The position numbers were made by a program, and so were the translations under genes. DNA of 64,000 bases, filler included, from Welwitschia mirabilis (Eukaryota): assembly GCA_051453625.1 (NCBI GenBank). It is 4 parts of one record of this genome, joined end to end, with 100 filler letters (N's around TTAATTAATTAA, not from the genome) between each part and the next. Parts side by side here need not be neighbours in the genome. Positions count along the whole stretch, not along the records: positions 47,209 to 54,566 come from JBOZIK010000001.1; positions 54,667 to 64,000 come from JBOZIK010000001.1; 2 more parts are not named here. The stretch is one strand, 5' to 3'. Below, piece after piece: positions 50,201 through 64,000 of the stretch (the stretch's first letter is position 1; each line of letters starts with the position of its first letter). The notes beneath the pieces were generated by a model that was given only the letters and a program-made list of their open reading frames with translations, searched no databases and was not told the DNA's origin.

Positions 50201-53200
50201 AATAAATCCATCCTTATCCAATCCATTCTAACTAAGCTATCAAAAAATAACTCTATCCAATCCTTTTATGGAATTAGTAAATAAATTCATAGAAAACCAA
50301 GTTCAAATTAACTATAGCCATGAATTAATCCTTAATCAATATTTCTTGTTATTAGCCAATCTTAAGAAAAACCTCTAATTGATCTTAAAAATCCTTCAAT
50401 TAGTCCAACAAATCCAAATTCAGATTCTCTCTATCATAAACCAAAAGGAAATTGGAAAACTCCCAATAAGTGCTCAATCAAATCCTAAGGAACTTAGGTT
50501 TATCAAAGAAGGGTCAATTCACTTAGAACAAATCAAAGAAATTTATCTTAAAAGTATCATAGAGATTAACCAAACATTAATAGAGAAAAAATCTAAAGAT
50601 GAGGGGAAAGTAAAAGAACAAGACATAATTCCTTACCAAGAATCTTTACCTTTCTCCTAAGCCTTAAATAAAGAAAAGGTAATAGGCGTAGAAGAATTTC
50701 CACTCACATACAAAGACCCTTTACCTTTTCCCCAATGCCTTAGGAAGAAAAACATTAAAAAACAACAACTTAAGGCCTCACAAATCTTTAAAGAAGTCAA
50801 GATCAATGTGCCTCTCTTAGAAGCAACTAAGAAGGCATCCTCCTACAAAAAATTCCTTAAGTACATATGCACAGTCAAAAGATGCATAAATGTTAAGAGT
50901 AAAGCCTTCTTAGACCAATAACCTAGTGCAATCATCTAGAACAAGTTTTCACATAAGTTAAAAAAAAAAAAAAAAATCTAGGTTTCTCTATGATAGGCAT
51001 TACGATTGAAGATAAAAATATTAAGTAAACCTTGTTGGATTTAAAAGTAAGTGTTAGTATTTTACTCCATTATATTTATAAGGAACATGGCTTAAATAAC
51101 CTTAAACACACCAAATCCAATTGTAATTGGTAAAGAATTTCATGTAATCATCCTTAAGAATAGTTGATAACATGATAGTTCAAGTTAACAACTACTATTT
51201 CTAGGCAGACTTCATAGTTTTAGAGATAGATATGATAAAATGCAATTCAATGTCCATCATTTTAGGAATACTTTTTCCTGCAACTTCAAATGTGTTAATT
51301 AATTACAGGAATGGTTAAATGAAGATATCATTTAGAAACATGACCTTTAAGTTGAATATTTTCAACATAGTAAAATTACCAGTGATCCTAAAGAGGATAA
51401 TGAACTTAATGAAAATTATGACTTTGAATGTTCTCCTCTTGAGCCAAATATTTTTCATTTTTCACTATCAATTGATTATAGCTTCTCTACTGTGAATGTA
51501 ATAACTATAAATCTTTTGAGTCTTTTGCATTAAGTCATCCTATAAAAATGCATGTTTTACCTAAGGATGACTTTCTTATGAAATTCTTACATCATTAGCA
51601 CTCATCCCACCATTCATAAATGCCTTTCTATACATTAAATCCATTTTTAAATTGCTTCATAAAACCCTCAAGTCATCCACTTAAACCACTTAACCATGAG
51701 TTTTTGAGACTTACTCAACTAGGTTAATGGTCCTTAATCAAAAATCAATAATAAGTAATCTAGTTATCACCAAAGTAATAGTTAAAATTGGGTTTGCTTA
51801 TTGTTTTTAAAGAAAAAGTACGCTTATTTTGATTGTGATGTTTCAAGGCACATTCGCTTACGATCCTCAATTTTGAAAAAACTTAATTGAAAAGGTGAAA
51901 TTTACCTCCATATGTATTCCTTAAGTTTAAAGTATTTGATATGGATAAGATTTGTCTTGACTAGGTTAATGAGTCAATGACCCCCTAATGTGCATAAAAA
52001 AATGACTATGGGAAGATGAATGAAAAAAAATATATCTCTTCTCTAAATGCACATAATCTTAATCACTTAATTGGGATGAATTAACTACATCAAGGCTATG
52101 AACACATACCAGTAATATATCTCTAATGATCTAATTGTGACATGTTCAACTACATCTAGACTATAAATGCTTGTTGGAAATGTAATACTAATTTATGCCT
52201 AAGACAACATGCTTAATGTTGTTAGAATAAAATGTCATAATACTAGATGCTTAATGTGATTCAATAGCTTAAAACTAAGAACATATGAAAAAGTAGAAAC
52301 AAAAAATAGAGGAACAACAAGGTGATAATAAGAGGTCTATGATGTTCTACTATCTTTTAACCTTTATACTTAGTATTTGCTACAATTTCTTAAATTTGTA
52401 TAAGTCAATTGGTTATAACTTCACATGGTTGATATTGCAATCCACTAAAAATACAAAAATATAATAACGACTATTAAATTAGGATAGTTCACTTATTTTT
52501 CATTAATTTATGTTTTAAGCCATTAAAACATTTTTCATCTCTTCTTCACTTTACTTCACTACGTCTTATCATCATTTTCATGAGAAATAATTCCTAAGGC
52601 ATTAACCATTTTCATGGATTGATGTTTCTCGTAGATTTTTTTTTTTGTAATTAGTTCTTCCCTTTCTCTTAGCTTAGTTGCATTGTTTTACATGGTTTTC
52701 AATAAAATAACCCTTTGTAATTCTTTTTAAACCTTATGTTATCAAATGACTTAAAACATTTTTCACCATAAACTTTAAGGATAAAGTTCAATTTTGATTA
52801 GGAAGTATAACATCTATTATTAATAACAAGATTTTTCATTTTGATGCCTTGATCATAGAAAATTGGTTATGAAATTTTCAAAGTTATATCATCCACATAC
52901 TTGAGTGCTTTTGACATAGGTAATTTTCCCATGTTTAATCATTTTGTTATGGCTTGTTTACTAAGGCACTAGTAAAACACTAGTTAGGAAGTATGTTAAC
53001 ATGTAAAAATTGACATTACGATTAAGTTAAATGACTAATTAATGTTAGTGGAATATATTAATATAATCAATTTTATTATAAAAAGATATCTTCTATTGAT
53101 TTTTACAACTATAGACTTATCATATTCCCATGAAATTTTCAAGTAAATTATGCTCAACTAAAAGACATGGCTTAAAATGAAGATAATTAGAGCTAAAACA

Positions 53201-54310
53201 TTGGTGTTGCTACCTATGACCACTAGTATTTCTACATAAATTGCCTTCAAATTCTTCATTCTAGCTTGTCATGGAAAATTGGATTAAATGCAATTATGGG
53301 TTTGATCTAATTACACATTAAAAATTAATTAAATTCTTAATAACACATGGTAGTAATGATGAGGGTTCATAGAGTGACATTTGACAGAATTGAGTAGGAT
53401 GACGGTGGAGACACATGGTCATGATAATAGTCAATAGCAATTGCATAATTTGGAAGTGAAGTGTTGATGGCGTTATAAGAATCTCCACCAAATGGAAAAT
53501 AAGGCAAACTATCCTACCTAATATCATGATTATATAATCATCCACCTAATGCTATAAGATAAGAGCTTGTAGTCATCCTCATTTCCATCTCTCTTTATAA
53601 AAGTGCTTTGAACCCTCAATTATATCATCTTTGGCTTAGGAGAATTGTAGAATATTAGAGCATCAGTCGTAATGGCTTTCTAAGCAATTATTTGGGGAGT
53701 GAGCTAGTCTTCAAGATCACTTAAGAATTTATTTAGTATATGTTTTCTTTTCTTATAAAGTATTATTTATATAATACATAAGTTATTTACCTTTTATTTC
53801 AAATCATGAGTTATTTTATATTTGGAGTGTTTAAAAAGAAAAGTGACCATTAAAGCCTGATTACATTTGAGTGAGCTCTTTCTAATGATTGATCTACATC
53901 TTATATATATATATATATATTTTAAGTAAGAGTTCTTAATTTCTATTATTACTTAAGGCTTTAAAGATCAAGTGATAATTGAGTTTATCATCACTCATAT
54001 GATGAATGAGATTATGTCACCATAATCCAAGATAAAACACTTAATTGTTTTAAGTATGTTGCAGAAAAGAATTACACAACACTAAAGTGAAGGATTGCCT
54101 AAGGATGAATTAGTGATAGATTCGAGCTATCTTGCTCCCATATTCTCCTAAGTTAAAGTTCCAATATAACTTAAAATTTACTTCTCTCTTTTCTTTTCTT
54201 AAGTTTTATAACTTACATTAAGTTTAAGTTAGTGTAAATTCTAAACCACTATCCATGTTATCTCTGAGGAAGAATGATAACTAAGTGCAAATTGAGTTTT
54301 AAATCCAGTT
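47209..54310 (+). mobile_element. Athila-like deletion derivative (LTR-PBS-gag-PR-3'UTR-PPT-LTR; no RT/RH/INT)
   Basis: LTR pieces 47209-~48168 and 52994-~54310 match each other and the 6-18 kb LTRs. Decayed PBS at ~48171-48189. gag FHGLESKDSYLHVKQF...LFPFSLKEKVKSW (49334-49588). Protease remnants at ~51.0-51.37 kb. 51.9-53.0 kb matches the reverse complement of 7.6-9.0 kb. PPT AGTTAGGAAGTA precedes TGTTAAC at 52994. Confidence 0.85.
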
Positions 54311-55859
54311 CACTATAAGTCATGAATAATGATCCTTCTTATCACAATCAGGAACCAGTTCATGATTATCAACATATCGACAATTCAAATCACGTCAATT
54401 ACTATTATCATACTGATGATTATAATCATAATTAGTACTTCATCACCATGATCAAGTCCATAACTATAGCCTAATGATGATAGAAATCATGCTTACTACT
54501 AGCTGACGATGATGAACATGCGAAGCACCTCAAGCATTAGTTCTCCATCTCAGGGCATCTAAGTTANNNNNNNNNNNNNNNNNNNNNNNNNNNNNNNNNN
54601 NNNNNNNNNNTTAATTAATTAANNNNNNNNNNNNNNNNNNNNNNNNNNNNNNNNNNNNNNNNNNNNTCAACTCCTACTTCTCTTTGTTTGCACTAGAAAT
54701 TCTTATGGTTAGAGATTAAAAGGTTGGAGATCCATCCATTATAGTTGCAGAGAGATGTCTTCCTTTATATTGGATTGTGCTTCCTCCATTGAGGTATGGC
54801 TACTTTATAACATGTATGTTAGTTTGAAAATAATTTAAAGAACTCTTTTCTATTTTCTTATGTTTATTATGTATATATCCCTTATAGTTGTTATTGATTC
54901 TTATTCTTTGATAACTTCTTTAGTAATATACATTATGAAGGTACTTTTATTAAGGTTGAGAATTATTAGTTTAGGTGCATTATCTTTTCTTTCCTAGATT
55001 AACTTTGCATTAGTTTTATATTTTGTTTGATGTACGTAATATCTTAGGTTAGTCTTAATTTACTAATAACATTTCTTAATTGATCTAGGTTATATAGGGC
55101 TGATCTTTATGATAAGACAATTTAGTAATTGGAAAGAAGTTGCACTTAGTTTAGATTTGCATAAGTATGTTTGCATTATCATTTTTTACATTATTATTTA
55201 TTTTTACTGTTAAAGTATGTAAGTGTTTCATTTTGAAACAAATTCTCTTTCTTCTAGCTTGCACCTTCAATGAAAATATGACATTTAGGTTCACTTTCAT
55301 CTATACTAGTGTGTTGTGTTGTGTAAAATCTATATTTATTTGTGAATGATAGGATCTTCTTAGGAGCATAACGTTTACACAAATTTGTATTACAACATCT
55401 TGACACTATTATTAGGGAAGGCTGCTTGGAACTTGAGGATTATTATTACTTAGGTAATTGTTTAGCTATCAGTTCGGATATGTGTCTGTAGTAGTGTGCT
55501 GTACTTTTAACTATTATAGCATAGGTTATAATTTCCATAGTTTCTACTTTTACATTTCAAAATAAATGCTTTATCGTCCACTTTATCATCCAAACAATGT
55601 GTAGTAATATCAAACTATATGCTTTGAGTTTTTTGCTTTCCTTAAAAATTAGAATTTCCTTATCGTCTTCTTTATTATTTAGATGACTCGAAGGATGATA
55701 GTCTCTTTTCATTATTTTTAGTGTTTATTATTTCACACTTTTGTTTTTCTATTTTTTTTACTTTTTGTGTTTTCTATGTATTCTGTCACAAGGACGACAT
55801 GCATTGAACATAGACTAAGCATGCTAGAACATGATAAAATCCAATAAGAAAGAAAAATA

Positions 55860-58450
55860 TCAAACAAAATAGTTGTTCATTAAGAAAAATATATAAGAAG
55901 GTTTGATTGACTTTGAATTTAACTCAGCTATGTACATCAAAGGTATGCAAAGTCTTTTAAAATTTTCACAAGAAAAAATTTCTACTTTTATTATTTCAAA
56001 ATCTAATGTTGCTAAAGAAAATTTTTTAAAAGATTGTTTAAAAGATGGTTTATAAGAAATCACTTTTTAAATACATCTAATTCATCATAAAAGCAAAAAT
56101 AGATCACTTCTCCTAACCTACCCCTTCTTATTAGAACTCCTATGGCTATGCCTGTGAATTCTAATGCCAATGTCACCCATATAAAACTTATAGCTAATAA
56201 AAATTGTGAAATCCAAACCTCTCTTGATTTACCTTCTGGTGATGATGTCGAACTTAGCAATTTAAATGCTTATCCCATTTTTAGTGATAAACATTAGGAA
56301 GATCCTTTACAACATATTAACAACATCAAATATTTAGTACATACTTCTAGAAATGGTAAGAAAAGAATAAGTGATAGAACTTATATGGTAATTTTTTCCA
56401 TCACTTTAAAAGAAAAAGCTAAAATTTGGTTGAGAATAATTCCACATAAGAATCTAAAAAACATGAAGTTAAGTTTAAGAAGCTTTCATAAATAGATTCA
56501 TGAGTAAAAAAATCATTTGCAGCTATAAGGATCGTGTCAAATTTAATGTTCCTTTTATTTTTAATGATGTCTTGAATAATGTGTTTTAAATTAAAATAGT
56601 TTTCGATATGATGTCCCCTAATTTTGTGGTATTCATAGTACTTTAACTCATCGTAGCTCTTAGGTTTTAGTGCATTCGGATCTCTCTCCTTGATTAGATG
56701 AAGTTGGATTGATCCCCAGTTGGATTGATTCCTTTTATAGTAAAATTGCAAGAATCATTATTAATGGTATCTCTAACCTAATGAAGTTTCTCCTAGGTCT
56801 TTGAATTAGGTTTTCATTTTGAAATTGATTTTAGTCTTGATTTTGAATTGGGTATGTTCACTGCTAACTTTGGGGTTATTGTTGAGATGGTTGGAGTTAT
56901 TGTTATTGAGGTAGTTATGTTTATTGAAATCTTTATAGTTGTTGAAGTGGAAAATAAGGTCATCATATAACTTATTGAAAGGAAAAAGCATGTGGAAGAA
57001 AGGGAGATTAAGCATGTGCTTGTTGTATGATTGAAATGATGATTGGTTGAGATGGATAGCTTGGTTGAGGTGGTTGAGTTAGTCGAAAATTCTGATCGAT
57101 TACTGTTGCATTCTTTGAATTGTTTGCTTTGTTATTGTATTATTATTTTCTTTTCTTGTCGATTCATCTTGTAAAGTATTACCATATTTTATGACATCTT
57201 TTTCCCTACTCGCAACTTCGATTCTTCTTGCTAATGTCATAGCTTATTCAAACGTTTTAAATAATTGCATTCTAAGGTGTTCATAGACATATGAAATGCA
57301 TGATTTAGGAAAGAGTTATGCCATATCAGAGTCCGTAATGGGGGTTTCTAACTACAAGGCAGTAACCCTCCATCATCAAGAATAGTCTTAAATTATTTTA
57401 CTAAACTATTGTTTCACTATTATTAATGAGTCTAAGGTCATTTATTTTGTGATGTTGATTTAATAATATTGTACAAACATTTTGAAAAGTTATTTTAGAC
57501 TTGTGATGAAATGGGTTAGTAAGCGATAGTACCATTTGAGAGCTTGTCATCTAAGATATCAACAAAATAAATGACATGCAATGTTTTGTTTTATGTTGCA
57601 CATGTAGCAAGAGTGCTTAAAGTTTCTAACATGGATTACAATGTCTTTGACACTTGTAGATTTCTTAAAGTTAGGCATTTCACTAGGTGAGATAACTTTA
57701 TGATAAACAGAAGGGTGAATCGGTCTATCATCAAAGTCTATGTCTACGTAGTTTTTCTTAGTTTGGAGGCCTTATTTAATATCATTGATGGCCTTCCAAA
57801 GCATGTTAAATTCAGTTAATTTAATTTGTGGTTTTTGGTCTTTGGTTTATTAAATATTAGGTGATTCCTTATCATTTATTTCATATTCAAATAAGCTATT
57901 GTCATCGTAATCCTTCTTTGGAATTTGTGATCTAGGTTTTTATGATGTTTTAATTTTTTCATCATGACTCTATTTATTTATGAACTCTTGGTTTTCATCA
58001 TATTTTTGGGAAACTGGGTCCTTCAAGGAGAGTCTTGTTCTCATCCTCTAGGATATCTAGTTTATTAATTGCTAACGATCATATTTTTTGGGTGGGATGG
58101 ATCAGGTAGCCTTCCCAATAACTCCTATAATCATTCATGGCATGAAGTTCATCGAAGGTAAAAGTTGAAGGGTGTTGTTGGATGAGTACCTTATACTCAT
58201 CTTTAGAAATGTAGGTTTTTCTTCCTGCAAGTCGACATTGGCATTATGGCTACTGTAGAATGTGACAAGATGATAGGTAAAGTAAAGTGTGAAATGAACA
58301 TGCTTCAAAAAAATGATCAATAAAATGATAAAAGGCCTACACAAGGGGCTCTCCTTCTAGTGCCAAAATTGTTACGACAACCTTTTGCAATGTCAATTTG
58401 TGACTTTGAGTGATCGTAGTGATGTTTGAATTGTGTCTATGACCCTTTTA
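55860..58450 (-). mobile_element. Tat/Ogre-like gypsy 5' fragment (LTR end, PBS, gag)
   Basis: - strand GTCGTAACA-ATTT-TGGCACTAGAAGGAGAGC. gag remnants ACHLFC*YLR*QALKWY at ~57.5 kb. Decayed knuckle YYEYHKIRGHHIENYFNLKHIIQDII in ORF 56419-56751. Confidence 0.75.
58348..58365 (-). promoter_or_regulatory. Primer-binding site complementary to the 3' end of plant tRNA-Asn
   Basis: + strand GCTCTCCTTCTAGTGCCA versus the tRNA-Asn 3' end as I recall it, GCCCTCCTTCTAGCGCCA (two C>T changes). Located 4 nt from an LTR terminal CA. Confidence 0.7.
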
Positions 58451-59920
58451 TTATTAGGCTAACAAAATTTAATAAACCTCTTTTGTTTTTAAGATTGTTT
58501 TTAGCTTTTCACTTTAACAAAATAAAATTTAATTCAAGATACAAAAGGATTTTTATTAAGAAAAGTAAATTTTAAAAGAAAAATCATTTTAAGAAAAGTA
58601 AATTTTAAAAGAAAAATCATTCTCTTACATCTTATAAACTAAAAAGACAAGAAAGAATTTCACAAATCCAATAGTATGGAAAAAAAAAACTTCATCTATG
58701 TTTATGTGTATTAAAAAAAAAGATTAAAATTTTTTTTATTAAAAATATAGTATTTTTGCCTTCTGTAAATTAAAAATATACAAACTAATTTAAAAACATT
58801 TTTTTAAATATTTGTATATTTATAAAAGCATCAATGGTGATACGCTCCCTCTGCTGGGCTGATGTTTTCTTGGTCCTCCTTTCTTGGTGATTTTCTGCTG
58901 GGCTGATGTGTCTTCTGTTTTTAATGTCTTCTATTCCATTTCTGATCGCATCAATCTTCCTCCTTGTTTGATCTTACGACTCGCTGATTCTGTTATGCCT
59001 ACCGTTCACTCTCCCCTTCTTTTCTAGTGCTCCTGATATGCCTCCTCTCGTTGTTTGGTGTATTTTTTTTTTTCCTTGGCTTATCCATCTCGTATTATCC
59101 ATCTCGTATTATGGCATGATGATAGATTCCATGAATGTAGGCCCAAGCAGATCCGTGTATTTTCATCATGAGATTAGGAGATGACAAGGTGCTTTTAGAG
59201 ATGATACTATTACCAGTTATTTAATTAGAGCTGCATTTCGTGTTAGTTTGGAGCTGATGTTAATAGAGTCAACACAGTCGAGCCCATAAAGAATGTATTC
59301 GCATTACAATTAAAGATTTGAAGAGAAGTAGAGGCTGCAGGAATTCGTTTTACATTTGTTTCCTATAATTTCTCTGTCAGATACGTTGTTCCATCATACA
59401 CGATTACAATAGCGCCTTTTTCAAAGTCCTCGAATTATCTGTAAATCGGAAAGCTCCCTTGTTTGCTCTAGGCACAAAAAAAAATGAAAAAGAAAAAATG
59501 ATTCACAAAAGGAAAGAAAACTGGAAAAGAATGCCAGATCATCAATGTTACAAGGTTGACAAGCAGTTACAGACTGACCCAAAATAATGCTGTGGATTAT
59601 CATCATGGTATCATTAGTAGTATCAACTCAAATTAAGCTCAGTCATGGTGGAAGTCAAACAAAAGGTCTGTGATAGTGATGAGAGGCATTTTTTTCTACC
59701 CAACGTTAAATAAGTTTGGCCAATGATCTACTAGAGGAAGATGATTCTTGGATCCAAAATATGCCCATAAAAAATGAATACATTTGCAGGACATGTTCTA
59801 GATCCACCTCTGTAGATTTTATTTAAAAAGAAAAAAGGTCATCTCAAATATCCAAATGACAACTTTAATTTCTCATAGTTTTTAAGATATGTAAGTGCTA
59901 ATCGGAATTATAACAAGGTA

Positions 59921-59965
59921 TTTTTTTATTTTATTTTATTTTATTTTATTATTATTATTTTTTTT
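59921..59965 (-). repeat. A-rich tract (AAAAT)n/(AAT)n, probable decayed poly(A) tail of the agmatine deiminase retrocopy
   Basis: T-rich run on + strand about 310 bp downstream of the stop codon, in the expected orientation. Confidence 0.55.
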
Positions 59966-60272
59966 GCAAAAGTCGTAGCATGCTCTACAAATTGTCCTCT
60001 AATTGTGTAATTTTATGAAGGAACTGGATGCTCATCATTGGGTTATGAAGCATTCACAAAACTTAGCCCTAACACATCAATTCTGATGATTCCTCCTTAA
60101 AATTCAATCCCTTTGTTTGGAATAGATAAAAACCTTATGTTGTAATGCATATGCTTTTAGGACTGGATTGTATTTGATGGGAGATTATTTTTCTATCTTT
60201 TTTCTGTATTGAGTTTACTTTAAACTTCAAAGAATATTCACCCAAACTCTACTAGTTTATTTAAGTAGGCTT

Positions 60273-61536
<1,264 letters not shown>

Positions 61537-61949
61537 TAATCATTGCAAGAGAATCCTAGTGCATAGAACATGGTTTAACATACCATAAACTAGCTATTAC
61601 CATAGAGATCTTGATCTTACCCTATCTCTTTCCCTCATAGAAAGAGGATTTGAAGCCTCTAAAAGAGATTTGAAAATCAAAATGAAATACATTCAAATTG
61701 AGATATCACTTAAAAGTGTGAAATTCTTGAACATTTTTAAATCTAGTATTTCAAGATTGCATTGTGTACTTCTAAAACAGGAATTTCCTTTATCGATAAG
61801 AATAATCTTGCATAAGTTGTAATGGAGGTAATTTTTTATTAAAGGGTAAAAGAAACCTATAAACTCACCAAGTTGTAGATTTGCATTATTTTAGAATGAT
61901 AAATAATTAGGTAATGCCTTCATATTAGGGTTTTTTTTTTCTTGTGTTG

Positions 61950-64000
61950 CTTACCAAATTATAAATCACCAGTGTTTTGGACATATGTCTTTGACGAGTG
62001 GACAGAAGATATAAAATGACCCTATTACAAAGAGGATATGGAAATTTTAGAAAATTATTCTTATCTTCTTCTTTGAATGATAAGAAAAAAATTCTTCTCA
62101 TGAAAAAGTTAAAAAACCTGCTACCCCTTGACATAATATATTGAATATTAATCCTACTTTTAATGAACATCTTAAAGCCTTAATGTAAAATGTAAGCATA
62201 AATTTACCATTTTAGAACTTTTGCAAGAGAATCCTAAATATTCTAAGTTGTGAAAAGATCTAATTAGGAGGAAATAAAAACTAACTATCCTTAGTAAAGT
62301 TCTCCTAATCCAATCTATTAATAAATTATTCTTACAGAAATGTCCAAAGTTTAAGGATCCAGGAATAGTAATTGTTACTATTACTTTGGAAGTAAATAAA
62401 AGAATAAAGAAATCCTTGATTTATAAAAGAACAATTGTCAACATTATGCTCTTGCAAATTTGTTAATAACTTGGGTTGAAAAGTAGAATAGAGCCTATGA
62501 TTATCTTAGAATTAGTAAATACATAAGTTAAGAAATCTTTAGGCATGATTAAAGATTTAATGATTCAAATAAAAGAAGAATTATACCTTATTAATGTGGT
62601 TATAATTAAAATTAAATATAATAGTGGTTATCCATTACTTTTAAGTAAAGGTTTTTGTGCAACAGGTCATTGAATTATAGATATCAGAACAGGAATGATG
62701 GAATATCACTTAGGAAATAAGAATTTTATAATAAGAGTTTTTGATATAGCTGAAAAAATATTTAGGTAAAGATTCAAGTGTGGAAGAAGAGATTAAACCA
62801 AGTTTATTTCTACAACATCATCCATTTGAAGAAAGATGGTGAATGCTTCATGTGTCAAATTTGTTTAATAATCAACTTAAAGTAGACAACTTGAAAGATT
62901 TTAATGATCAACTTGGTTTTGACCATTTAAAAACTAACTATTTTGTTCTAAAAGTAGAAAGACTAAATTTGTCAACTATGCAGAAGCCTGAGATTTGAGA
63001 AAAACTAAGATATCTTATTTTGATGATGGTCATCTAGAGCTAATGTCTAGATGATAGTTTGAAACAATAGTGAATTTTCATTAAACTTTAAGAAAAAATA
63101 AAAATTTAAATTTAAATCTAAATCTGAAACCTTTACTTAGTAAACTGAAGTATATCTTTCTGTGTAATAACTAGAGCAAACCTTTGATGATAAATAAAAA
63201 ATTTTTCCCTCAATAAGAATCAAGCTTAATCTCACTTTTTCAATCTAAGTAAATGTGTTTATTTAATCTCATAAAGATTTAATAGCCCTTTCTACCACAA
63301 TTATTCAACATAAAATTTACCTTGAGGATAATGTAAAACTTGTTAGGCAACCCCAACATAAACTTAATCTAGCCCTTAAGTAAGTTGGAAAAAACAAAAT
63401 CATTAAATTAATAGATGCTAAAATCATTTATTCCATAGCTGATAGTGAGTGGATTAGTCCTTTAATGGTAGTACCTAAAAAAGATGAGAAATGGAGGATG
63501 TGCATTGATTTTTAAAAATTAAATGAAGTAATAAAAAAATACCATTAACCTTTATCTTTTCTTGATCAGATACTTGATAGAATATAAGGACATGTTTTTT
63601 ATTATCTTTTTGATGGATATAGTTGTTACATTCAAGTTTGTATTGATATTGGGGATTAGGATAAAACTACTTTTACTTTACCTTTTACTACTTTTGCTTT
63701 TAGACACCTGATTTTTGTACTTTGCAATGCTCTTGGTACTTTTCAACATGCAATGATGGGTAATTTTTTTTAATGTGTTAGAGGATTCAATAAAAAATTT
63801 TATGAATGAACTCTCTATCTATATTAAAAGTTTTGAACAAATCTTAGAAATATTAAAGAAAGTTCTTGATAGATCCATTTCTAATAGCCTACATTTGAGT
63901 TGGGAGAAAAGTTTATTTTTAGTTGAGAGTGGACTTATTTTTGGTCACCATATTTCAAAAAAGGGAATTAGGATGGACCTTGTAAAGGTTTGTATCTTTT
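61950..64000 (+). mobile_element. Degenerate Ty3/gypsy gag-end/protease/RT fragment, running off the window
   Basis: Pre-protease NLPF.ELLQENPKYSK and KFKDPG at ~62.2-62.36 kb. RT IADSEWISPLMVVPKKDEKWRMCIDF*KLN at ~63.44-63.52 kb, then FDGYSCYIQ and LCNALGTFQ. Confidence 0.88.

Noticed and set aside
54667-55530. Possible further LTR
   Set aside because: LTR-like composition only. No partner copy, clear terminus, convincing PBS or TSD in the window.

Overview
AT-rich, heavily decayed plant nuclear DNA with the look of a heterochromatic retrotransposon graveyard, broken by many N-gaps. I see no intact protein-coding gene. Almost everything is nested, stop-riddled retroelement sequence. Ty3/gypsy: an Athila-like element (- strand, ~5.7-16.7 kb) next to a related LTR+PBS, a gag-protease-only relative (+, 47.2-54.3 kb), a Tekay/Del-like element with a GAATT target-site duplication (19033-24168), a Tat/Ogre-like gag (55.9-58.4 kb) and a pro-RT fragment at the right edge. 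Ty1/copia: an old host element (18.1-25.7 kb), a complete element with a GATGA TSD (34775-39797), and SIRE and Ale-like pieces (33.8-47.1 kb). There is also an L1 LINE (- strand, ~27-33 kb), partly caught in a tandem duplication. The two most notable non-TE sequences are (1) a ~225-bp plastid-type 16S rRNA fragment inserted cleanly, in the element's sense orientation, into the Athila-like gag, and (2) a full-length, intronless, apparently poly(A)-tailed agmatine deiminase retro-pseudogene (60273-61536, -). A long decayed reading frame at ~2.2-5.6 kb could not be identified. All family assignments come from motifs read by eye and from remembered reference sequences, not database searches. Most boundaries are approximate.
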